Virus record (IMG/VR): IMGVR_UViG_3300017987_000006
Location: 32,001 to 96,000 of that record
Direction: 5' to 3' (one strand)
Length of the DNA stretch: 64,000 bases
Source: a virus
Positions 55,938 to 64,000 of the stretch are shown here, one piece after another. The position numbers and the translations under genes are program-made. Below the pieces are notes generated by a model. It did not search any database. It was not told the DNA's origin and saw nothing but the letters and a program-made list of their open reading frames with translations. Positions within the stretch are counted from its first letter, which is position 1; each line of letters starts with the position of its first letter.

Positions 55938-57188
55938 ATGGCTAATTATTGGTTGAGAGGTTGCATTCCGCCGAGCGCTGGAGGCAGTAACCATATGCAG
56001 TACACCCGTGCTGCGTTTTGTGTGTACTACTACTTTTTCAAAAAAATTCTCGGTTGGAGTGTGTTGGATGAATCGGCCGATATAGAATCGGTTGTCGGGA
56101 TCGGATCTGGAAGCGACGGGGCCCTATCCAGCTCCAACCAGATCTTTTCATCGTCCGGATATTCTTTCAGTGGTGCAGATCAAGACAGAATGATCGCCAT
56201 TCTGGACTCAGGGAATCCGGAAAATTCAGGTGTCTATAGACTGGGCTCAAATGTGGACTCGGATAATCAAAACTTTGATTTTCTATCCTCCGACAATCCC
56301 ACCTCTGCCACGGGTCTTGCTTTTTGGATCTTCGATGTGACTAATGCCTCGGGGCTGGGAGAAAACTATGCAGTGTTCAACGTAGCGCACCCGACTTCAC
56401 CATATCAGATCAAGCTCTCGATGACCGGTTTGGCGACTGGAAATCAAGTAGTCACATTTGAGATCTGTCCGGACAATGGTACAGATGGGTGGGACGCTAC
56501 CGGTCACGACTGGTATTCTGGGTCTCCGCACCACGATAGATTGTTGCGAATCTATTGTGGGTATCCTGCTCTCGTGTGGCCGAATGGTCCTCCCAGATGT
56601 TTGGCTTACGGATCTACAGACGGAGAAACAGTCATCGTCTGTAGTTGGGGAGATGCCGGGAACCAAGCAAAAAATATGGTCTGTTGGGGATTTATTGATC
56701 CTATTGAAACCTCTCCAGCGCACGATGCAACAGAGAAAATAGTCTCGTTTGGTGGGACCAACCAGGGAACGGGTGCCCAGTCTGATTTCCGTGACGGAAA
56801 CGCCATAAACGGAATTGATGTTGGTGTTTGGTACAGTGCGCTCAGAGCTCCTGGTCTCAAAACTGCCTATATGGTATCGCTAAATTACATACGTACTTTG
56901 AGCAACGCCGTTTATGACGTTTTCAAAAACAACGACGCCAATGAGCCAGATCATAGGGATGGGACAAATCACGGTGCTATGCCGATTCCGGTTCAGGTAG
57001 ACGTGAATTCTGCTTCTGGGGCCAATCCGGCTTGGAGTATTCTAGGCTTTTTAAATTCAGATTACATATACTATGGTCATCAGGTGATAGGTTATGGTGC
57101 ATACGAGACCTTCGGGGCTAGTAATGAGGAATTTCATGCTATAGATGGCGTTTGTTTTCCATGGCCCGAGTTGGACACAGACTGGTAA
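55938..57188 (+). CDS. putative tail fibre/receptor-binding-associated protein (low GC)
   Basis: 416 aa; similar organisation to the preceding gene. Confidence 0.55.
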   Translation: MANYWLRGCIPPSAGGSNHMQYTRAAFCVYYYFFKKILGWSVLDESADIESVVGIGSGSDGALSSSNQIFSSSGYSFSGADQDRMIAILDSGNPENSGVYRLGSNVDSDNQNFDFLSSDNPTSATGLAFWIFDVTNASGLGENYAVFNVAHPTSPYQIKLSMTGLATGNQVVTFEICPDNGTDGWDATGHDWYSGSPHHDRLLRIYCGYPALVWPNGPPRCLAYGSTDGETVIVCSWGDAGNQAKNMVCWGFIDPIETSPAHDATEKIVSFGGTNQGTGAQSDFRDGNAINGIDVGVWYSALRAPGLKTAYMVSLNYIRTLSNAVYDVFKNNDANEPDHRDGTNHGAMPIPVQVDVNSASGANPAWSILGFLNSDYIYYGHQVIGYGAYETFGASNEEFHAIDGVCFPWPELDTDW

Positions 57189-57192
57189 GTAG

Positions 57193-57300
57193 ATGTTGTT
57201 ACTGCCGGTAACATTTGAGACAAGTGCTAACGCACCATCGCAAAACGAAGATGGTGTTACTAAAATACCATTGACCTCTGAGCAACAGGACCCTGATTAG
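57193..57300 (+). CDS. 35-aa mini-ORF resembling the N-terminus of the next gene
   Basis: MLLLPVTFETSANAPS vs MSLLLPLDFNLTGNAPS. Confidence 0.35.
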   Translation: MLLLPVTFETSANAPSQNEDGVTKIPLTSEQQDPD

Positions 57301-58130
57301 TGTCGTTATTGCTCCCTCTGGATTTTAATCTGACGGGCAATGCGCCGAGTTATTACTATGACGGTGCGTTATCAACGTTTGATGTGGATGCTGATGTAGA
57401 TCTTGAGCCCACTATTCAGGATTATCCTCGGCCATGGACTTTGATCAAGTCCGATTTCAACATCCCGATAATAGATTCTCAATTTCCTACCGGTATTGAT
57501 GTTCCGCTAGACACACTCATCTCTTTTTCTACTAAAGACACCGGGGGGATGGGAATAGATCTTAGCACACTGGATGTGACGGTTGGTGGGGTGCAGGCAA
57601 TCGCTGGTGGTGTATTTCAATCTGGATGGGATGGTCCTTCTAGCGCGGCGGTTGGGAACGGCTACGATGGTTACGATGTAGTAGTCGATCCAACATCAGA
57701 CCTGGATGCCTTTGATAGTTTGGAGGTGGTGGTATCAGTAAAGGATAATGGGGGAGCGCGTGTTATTCTCAACTGGTCCTTTACCACAGAGGACGTATTG
57801 GGAGTTCTTGTTACTCCCATAGATCCAACCAACGGCGAAATTGATGTTCCGTTCGGATCAAATATTGAAGTCCAGCTCAGTGATGAAGATGTGGTCTTGG
57901 AAGACTGGATCAAAGTTGAGGTGGATACCGGATCTGGGTTTCAAGATGCTTTCGTCTTTTCTGACACCCCGAAGTTCAAGTCTGGGTGGGATGGACCTGG
58001 ATCTACGTGGGATAATACAGGAGGTGTCTACACTATTACGATCGATCGTACTTCGAATTTCCCTTCCGGGGCGACCGTCCAGGTGCGGGTAACGGCATCA
58101 GATCCAACAGGCAATTCGACGAGATTGTAG
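57300..58130 (+). CDS. Ig-like repeat (Big_5/SbsA-like) protein
   Basis: two P..G..DVP.D..I domains; paralogous to the next gene. Confidence 0.65.
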   Translation: MSLLLPLDFNLTGNAPSYYYDGALSTFDVDADVDLEPTIQDYPRPWTLIKSDFNIPIIDSQFPTGIDVPLDTLISFSTKDTGGMGIDLSTLDVTVGGVQAIAGGVFQSGWDGPSSAAVGNGYDGYDVVVDPTSDLDAFDSLEVVVSVKDNGGARVILNWSFTTEDVLGVLVTPIDPTNGEIDVPFGSNIEVQLSDEDVVLEDWIKVEVDTGSGFQDAFVFSDTPKFKSGWDGPGSTWDNTGGVYTITIDRTSNFPSGATVQVRVTASDPTGNSTRL

Positions 58131-58131
58131 G

Positions 58132-59520
58132 ATGGCTCCTTTCTTAGACAACCTCGACCCAGCATCTGGATCTCCAGGAAATCTGGCAACTACAAACGTG
58201 TATCTGGAGATTAAGGATACTGGTAGTGGGGTCGATCTGGATTCTGTTGTCCTGAAGATTGACTCTGTGATCTGTTGGAGCGGTGACTCTCAGCAAGGCG
58301 CGTTCGTAGTAACAAAGACCTCCGTGACCAATGGTTATGGTTATGAGATCAATCCAAACGCAAGGTTTGATATTGCTGCCACGGTGACGGTCGAAGTCTA
58401 CGCGGAAGATCAGACGACTCCCACTCCTGGGGTATTAGACACATCATACACGTTCGATATCGCCGAGGCTTCATCTGTAACCTACTCATTCGATGTGGAA
58501 ACAGATCTCTCCGGCCCGTTGATCACCAACAAAGACCCAGCTCCATTTACTACCGGGGTCGATAGAGATAAGGCGGTGTCGTTCCATATTGAAGACACCC
58601 CGGCTGGAGTCGATCTAAATAGTACATATATCTACGTCGATGCGGTCTTGGTGTATGATGGGTCTACATCTTCGTGGCATGCGGACTTCGATCCTGGATC
58701 TAGCATAACAGGAGATTCATCAGACTACACCGTTGAGCTCGTAAAAGACGTGGATTGGGACTCAAATGCGACAGTTCAGATCCATGTAGTGACAGAAGAT
58801 GCGGTGGGGAATCCCACCGATGAATCATGGTCCTTTGAGATCGAGGACTATGAAGGGCCGACCATCTCCGCAAATTCTCCTACGGGGACCGGGGTGGCTC
58901 ACGACACGAACATTTCTTTTGTCACAGAAGATGATGGATCGGGAGTAGATTTGGCGACACTGGAGGTGGTGGTTGGTGGGTCCTCCGCAATTTCTGGTGG
59001 TGTTCCGCAGGCAGGGTGGGATGGTCCGGGGACCAGTATCACCCCCAATGCAGGCAATGGGTATGACGTCGTAATAGATCCAACGTCAGATCTCCCGTCC
59101 TACTCATTGATCAGCGTGACGGTGGATGTGGATGATAATGACGGCAACTCCGCCAACTTTGGGTGGTCGTTTGAGACGGAGGACTACGAGGGAGTTCACG
59201 TACAGCCGCAGAGTCCGACGAACGGAGAAATGAACGTCGACGTTGATACAAATATTGTCATCCTCTTGGAGGATGACGACGAGGTAGTCGCCACCTCGAT
59301 TTTGGTGGAGGTGGATCGAGGCTCTGGATTTGAGACGGCTTTTGATTATAATCAGACCCCAAAGTTCAGACTCGGGTACAATGGAGCGGCGTCGCTGCTG
59401 GAGGTGGTAGGAGGGGCCTATACAATAACGATAGATCCAGAAACAGCATTCTCGCTAGGCACAACGATCCAGGTTAGAGTGACAGCGGAAGATCCAGAAG
59501 GCAACCCAGAGAGACTTTGA
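58132..59520 (+). CDS. Ig-like repeat protein (four domains)
   Basis: repeated I.D...GVDL.S/T...V.G motifs; C-terminus matches 57300-58130. Confidence 0.7.
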   Translation: MAPFLDNLDPASGSPGNLATTNVYLEIKDTGSGVDLDSVVLKIDSVICWSGDSQQGAFVVTKTSVTNGYGYEINPNARFDIAATVTVEVYAEDQTTPTPGVLDTSYTFDIAEASSVTYSFDVETDLSGPLITNKDPAPFTTGVDRDKAVSFHIEDTPAGVDLNSTYIYVDAVLVYDGSTSSWHADFDPGSSITGDSSDYTVELVKDVDWDSNATVQIHVVTEDAVGNPTDESWSFEIEDYEGPTISANSPTGTGVAHDTNISFVTEDDGSGVDLATLEVVVGGSSAISGGVPQAGWDGPGTSITPNAGNGYDVVIDPTSDLPSYSLISVTVDVDDNDGNSANFGWSFETEDYEGVHVQPQSPTNGEMNVDVDTNIVILLEDDDEVVATSILVEVDRGSGFETAFDYNQTPKFRLGYNGAASLLEVVGGAYTITIDPETAFSLGTTIQVRVTAEDPEGNPERL

Positions 59521-59524
59521 TCCC

Positions 59525-62500
59525 ATGCCAATTACCTACAGCTTTACAACCACGCTGCAGCTGCCTACGTCTAGTTCGTGGCCCTGCATGGACGTGGGCG
59601 AGCTGTCGATGCCGAACATCCTCCTCTTTCCGGCGGTGTCGGCAAGCAGGGGAACTCCATGGATCTACACGGACGGAAATAACGATCTGGTCCTGTTAAG
59701 CAATGACGGAATACCCTCCGTCGTTACGATCTCTCTTCCCATCGGACAGAAGTTCACCTTTGAGACCGATTTCATCCCGTCTCAGCTCCCGCAGAACCTG
59801 GACGATCTGGCAAATTCACACCTTTTCATCTCCGTGTTCAACGCCCAGGACGACGCTGGCGGGGTGCTGCTGTCCAAGTCCGGCCTGGCCATCGTCTCCT
59901 CTTATGGCAACACGGTCATGCCGGTGGGCGGAAGTCAGGATATCTTGCCCGAGAGCAACGACTACTACACCCTGCGGATGGTCGTCGACGGCGAGAACAA
60001 CGTGATGGACTTGTACATCACCAAAACATCGGATCTCGCGAGTATTGGCCACCAGCTCCGGTACACCACCGCTGCACCGATTACTCCCTCCGGGACACCG
60101 GACAGTGTGCGCCTCGAGGTCCTGGGAAATGGAACTGTTCAGGTCGAAGGTAAGTTCTCTACTCTCCGCTGTAACTGTAACGGTTTGAACATCCCGAACA
60201 AGCGGCCCATCGCCGAGGCCGGCCGGGACCAAACAGCTGTCATCGGCTCTATTCTCCGCTTCGATGGTTCCGACAGTTACGATCCGGAAGGGGCAACACT
60301 GACTTACAAGTGGACGCTGGCCCTGGCCCCGGAGAACTCGGGCTTCCGACTCTCGGGTACCAACGGGTTCACACAGGACGATGGAGACGGGGACGGATGG
60401 ACAGACGTGTTTGAGAGCACGGTTGATGCGTGGAATGTGGCGAATGCGCCCGGATTACAACCAGGTGATCTCCTGGTCGTGGGGGATGGGGAGTATGAAG
60501 TAGCGACTACCGATTGGACTTACAACTCGACCACCGGTGAGTGGGAACGTGGAGGAACGTTCGATCCGAAGAAGCTGCGCGTCACCACGGAATCAATCTC
60601 AGATAACCTTTCCTCAGCTTCGTGGGAAGTCTTCCACCAGTCGTCATTTTGGGATGATCGGACATCCCCGCAGCCGACATGTGTGCCGGATGTGCACGGT
60701 GTCTACGTGCAACGGTTGGTGGTGAATGATGGCTCGTTGGACAGCCTGCCCGATGAGGTTTTGTCCAACATCTCTGAGTCCAATGTTGCAATGGGGGTGA
60801 TCCCAGATGTCAACTTCATCTGGGACTATCTCTCGGACGCGTGGGGATTCTACGACGACCGCGGTCCCGTGACGACGATCTGGTCCGGCTTCGCTCAGGT
60901 TGCGGCTAATATCTTGTTGACGGCCTGGCAGCTGGACTACGCCAAGAGCCTTGTGGATATCCAGCGGACTTTTCAACGCAGATGGTTGGACTATCGACCG
61001 CTGTTCAGCGAACCAGCAGACGATCGAGACGATGCGGAGATCAAGATCGTACGGGGAACGATTTACAGTGATGAGATTCCGGGAGGCGGTCTGGTCTTCG
61101 GCACTAGCGATACCCTTCTCATCTCCAGGGATGACGAGAGCCAGGTAACGGTGACGCTGAGCGGGACAATGACCGCGCAAGAAACTGTTGATGCGATCAA
61201 CGAGGCGCTGGGTGAGAAGAACGCCACCAACAAGACTGCCAGCGTTGTAACTGTCGCTACCAAGGACTACTTGGCCCTGGACTACGCCACGTTGCTAGTC
61301 CTCGATAAGGACGGTACTGCGAACGCCGTGTTGGGTTTCAGCACAACGGAGGACACGGAGAATATCTACGGTGGGTCTGACGGGTCCATCGGCAGTGTGG
61401 CCACCGCGTTTCAAGTCGGCGCGGCAGACCTGGAAGTCAATTTCCTGACAAAGGGCATCTTGCGGGAGGACCTGTTTGTGTTTACGGGAGTCGGGTATGA
61501 GGTCCAGAAGGTGGCCGACCAGACGCAGCTCACGTCTATTCAGGACATGGCTGCTGTTGGGACCAGGACGGATTGGCAGTTGAGCTCCTACATAAAGGCG
61601 GCGAACACGAATTTCACGGATGAGCTGGTAGGAGAGGGGGACATCCTCATTATGGAGGTGCGGGAGCTCGGGGCCGTTACAGTTCGGGAGGTGTTGTGTG
61701 AGGTGACGGGGGCCCGGAATCAGCATGTCGGATTCAACCCGCGTCCGTTGTTCGAGCTGGTGGGGGCGGACCTTGATAACTATGAGATCTCATTGATTGG
61801 GGTACGAAGAACAAGCGCAATCCCTGTAGACGAGCTCGTGCAGCGCATACCGCGTTTGCAAGAGGTCATCGTGGACCCGACCACCATCTATACCGAGAAC
61901 CGAGATTTCATCATTGAGGAGGACGAGAACGAGATTAACGGAGTGCGGTTTTCGGACGGGCTATTCAGTTTCGAGAATCCACCGCCGGATATCTTATGGG
62001 CTGAAGTCACGTTCTTAGATAATCGGCCGATGATCGAGGACAACTTCGGTAAGGCTGTAGACTTCACAGTTGAGGACCTCGAGGCCCGCACCGACGATCT
62101 GGACTACCTCTCCGCCGTGCGGGGGTTATGGTATGCGTTCTTCAACGGCCCATCTCTTTGGAGCGTGCGAATCGGTACGCAGATCTTGCTGGGGCTGCCG
62201 TTCGCCGAGGTGGACGGCACCATTGAGGACATCAATCTGACCTTCAACGCGAACAGCATTCGGATCTTGGTACGAGATAAGATCGACACGGCCGTCATCA
62301 GGACGTACTTCATACCTCGGAGCACGTACTTCGAGGAGAACGGCCTCTCGATGGTGGCGGTCAACCCGGACACGGACACGGAGTACGTTATCGGAGATGA
62401 GGTCTCACAGTTCTATCCGTTGTCTAAGGGTGTGGACATTTTGGACTGGGTGAAAGATCCTGACTGGTGGCGGGGATACCAGGGGCAGGGTGTATTCATC

Positions 62501-63085
62501 GAGATTGAGAAGTACTTTCGCTACATGCTGCAAGCTGACATTGACGTTTTCAATATCACGAACTTGGTATTTGCGATCGACTTCGCCAAGAAGATCGATC
62601 CGCACTTCACCTATCCATGGTGGGTCGTACTCAAGCGTGTGCCTGCGGCGGAGATCAGCGTCACGGACGAGTTCATGATGAGTGGCACACTATACCTTTA
62701 CGACCACCCGGCCTGTGCCAAGCAGATAACGGACGCGGGGACTGGAGGAGCGTACCGGTTCGATGATACGGATGAGTCAGGCAACTACAATTGGGCCTTC
62801 GATGGAGCGCCCCACAGTGGGAGTCCGAAGCCCGAGTTCTTGTACGACCGGAAGTTCCTGTGTCCCAGTCAGCAACTTCTCCTGCTGATGAGAGGGGTCC
62901 ACGGTGGCAGCTATTTCCCGTTCGATTGGTTTTGGGCGTTTGATGATGGGGGAGGGACTGACAACCCAGCACTTAGCGGCCCGGACTCTTCGCCTCCGGC
63001 TCCGTACGGACCCCTTGTCGGTACAGTTAAGTTCGACACGACGTACCCAGCGGGAACTTATACACGCGGCAAGGTGATAACTTGA
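59525..63085 (+). CDS. large baseplate/tail protein with PKD/REJ-like domain
   Basis: NKRPIAEAGRDQT...FDGSDSYDPEGATLTYKWTL. Confidence 0.65.
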   Translation: MPITYSFTTTLQLPTSSSWPCMDVGELSMPNILLFPAVSASRGTPWIYTDGNNDLVLLSNDGIPSVVTISLPIGQKFTFETDFIPSQLPQNLDDLANSHLFISVFNAQDDAGGVLLSKSGLAIVSSYGNTVMPVGGSQDILPESNDYYTLRMVVDGENNVMDLYITKTSDLASIGHQLRYTTAAPITPSGTPDSVRLEVLGNGTVQVEGKFSTLRCNCNGLNIPNKRPIAEAGRDQTAVIGSILRFDGSDSYDPEGATLTYKWTLALAPENSGFRLSGTNGFTQDDGDGDGWTDVFESTVDAWNVANAPGLQPGDLLVVGDGEYEVATTDWTYNSTTGEWERGGTFDPKKLRVTTESISDNLSSASWEVFHQSSFWDDRTSPQPTCVPDVHGVYVQRLVVNDGSLDSLPDEVLSNISESNVAMGVIPDVNFIWDYLSDAWGFYDDRGPVTTIWSGFAQVAANILLTAWQLDYAKSLVDIQRTFQRRWLDYRPLFSEPADDRDDAEIKIVRGTIYSDEIPGGGLVFGTSDTLLISRDDESQVTVTLSGTMTAQETVDAINEALGEKNATNKTASVVTVATKDYLALDYATLLVLDKDGTANAVLGFSTTEDTENIYGGSDGSIGSVATAFQVGAADLEVNFLTKGILREDLFVFTGVGYEVQKVADQTQLTSIQDMAAVGTRTDWQLSSYIKAANTNFTDELVGEGDILIMEVRELGAVTVREVLCEVTGARNQHVGFNPRPLFELVGADLDNYEISLIGVRRTSAIPVDELVQRIPRLQEVIVDPTTIYTENRDFIIEEDENEINGVRFSDGLFSFENPPPDILWAEVTFLDNRPMIEDNFGKAVDFTVEDLEARTDDLDYLSAVRGLWYAFFNGPSLWSVRIGTQILLGLPFAEVDGTIEDINLTFNANSIRILVRDKIDTAVIRTYFIPRSTYFEENGLSMVAVNPDTDTEYVIGDEVSQFYPLSKGVDILDWVKDPDWWRGYQGQGVFIEIEKYFRYMLQADIDVFNITNLVFAIDFAKKIDPHFTYPWWVVLKRVPAAEISVTDEFMMSGTLYLYDHPACAKQITDAGTGGAYRFDDTDESGNYNWAFDGAPHSGSPKPEFLYDRKFLCPSQQLLLLMRGVHGGSYFPFDWFWAFDDGGGTDNPALSGPDSSPPAPYGPLVGTVKFDTTYPAGTYTRGKVIT

Positions 63086-63114
63086 TTTGCTAGGCAAGCC
63101 CTCGTAGAATCGGA
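63082..63114 (+). promoter_or_regulatory. candidate promoter
   Basis: TTGATT-17-TAGAAT; GTAGAATCGGA shared with 31643-31653. Confidence 0.45.
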
Positions 63115-63125
63115 CCGGAGGATTT

Positions 63126-63833
63126 ATGCAGCTACGTGATTATCCACTGAAACCGAAGGGGATCTTGATCCCTGCAAACGTCAAGATCACAGTTCGGGAG
63201 CGCGGGAAGAGGGTCCCGCAGCACTGCCGCGAGGACCACAACATCTGGGTCAACCTGGGGCGCGAGTATCTGCCGCGGGTCATCGCGCCGAACGCCGCCT
63301 TCACCGACCACTACGCGGAGAATCCTCCCACGAACCCGCGGGAGTTCATTCGCTATATGGGTGTTGGTATCGGAGGGGGCAGCCAGGTTCATCCGGCTGC
63401 GTACACGACACCGCTGTCCACTGACTATCCCCCTGCGGCGTCGAGCGGCCTCCCAGGCTCGGTGGGGAATCAGCAGTCTGACGAGGACCTGACGGTCACC
63501 CAGCTCGAGAGGCCGGTGAAGATCGACGCGACGGACTGGCTCAAGGACATCGTCACGCCCGTCGTTTTCCCCAACACCACCACGTTGCGGTGTGACCACC
63601 TCTTCGACGTCACCGATATCAACTCGGTTGGACCGTACACGACTGTGCCTTTATCGGAGATCGCTCTGTTCTTATCGACACAAGATCCGGACGCGGCAAA
63701 TGTGTACGACACCGGCAATCCCCCGACCATGGTCGGTGCGGGTCGTCAGACAGTCGTTGCTTACAACACGTTTGATCCGATCCCGAAAACCATCTCGTTC
63801 TCGCTGGAAGCACAGTGGGAGCTTCGCTTCTGA
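63126..63833 (+). CDS. putative baseplate/tail-fibre attachment protein
   Basis: HNIWVNLGREYL...YMGVGIGG...SEIALF...K..SFSLEAQWELRF. Confidence 0.55.
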   Translation: MQLRDYPLKPKGILIPANVKITVRERGKRVPQHCREDHNIWVNLGREYLPRVIAPNAAFTDHYAENPPTNPREFIRYMGVGIGGGSQVHPAAYTTPLSTDYPPAASSGLPGSVGNQQSDEDLTVTQLERPVKIDATDWLKDIVTPVVFPNTTTLRCDHLFDVTDINSVGPYTTVPLSEIALFLSTQDPDAANVYDTGNPPTMVGAGRQTVVAYNTFDPIPKTISFSLEAQWELRF

Positions 63834-63846
63834 TTAGGAGACCCCC

Positions 63847-64000
63847 ATGTCGAACCTGCCACATCCCCTCGGTGATTCCTCCGCTGGAGATATGTTTTAC
63901 CCGGGCTCGCCGTCTGTCATCGCGACTGACACGCCCGGAGCGGCCGGTAGTCGAGCGGTCGAGTTTGGCGAGGATGGGTTGTCATCGGCGGTTAATCGTA
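63847..64000 (+). CDS. 5' part of a gene truncated by the window edge
   Basis: AGGAG RBS, ATG 63847, open to the end. Confidence 0.55.
   Translation, partial: MSNLPHPLGDSSAGDMFYPGSPSVIATDTPGAAGSRAVEFGEDGLSSAVNR

Noticed and set aside
1-64000. Stop-codon reassignment (alternative genetic code)
   Set aside because: Large genes are intact under code 11, and TAA, TAG and TGA all end clear genes.
1-64000. Diversity-generating retroelement, integrase, transposase, intron or intein
   Set aside because: No reverse transcriptase, TR/VR pair, recombinase or intein motifs were recognised by eye.

Overview
The window looks like part of a large (jumbo-type) tailed phage genome with GC around 60%. No host housekeeping or rRNA genes are present. 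Layout: (1) 103-7361, rightward small genes, including a DEDDh exonuclease, a YkgJ-like Cys protein, a membrane-anchored zincin and Zn ribbons. (2) 8612-18485, a leftward block of mostly short hypothetical genes plus an ATP-dependent DNA ligase and a wHTH protein. (3) 18.5-20.2 kb, a strand switch with promoters, an initiator-like tRNA(CAT) and possible small RNAs. (4) 20227-64000, a rightward contractile-tail morphogenesis region (tape measure-like, hub, sigma-70-like factor, fibres, gp25-like wedge, baseplate J-like, Ig/PKD proteins). The standout feature is at the convergence of blocks 1 and 2. A solitary Cas7/RAMP-fold gene (8612-9433, minus) is followed 22 nt after its stop by a ~1.1 kb non-coding array. 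The array has 33 delimiter-terminated units built from 5-nt modules (plus strand GG-NNN, closed by GTC; minus strand GAC-[NNN-CC]n) and ends in a minus-strand intrinsic terminator. It is not a CRISPR array. It looks like a RAMP-associated, periodically punctuated guide-RNA system, reminiscent of VIPR-type systems as I recall them but with a different motif and apparent polarity. Protein assignments are from motif recognition by eye, and no database searches were run.
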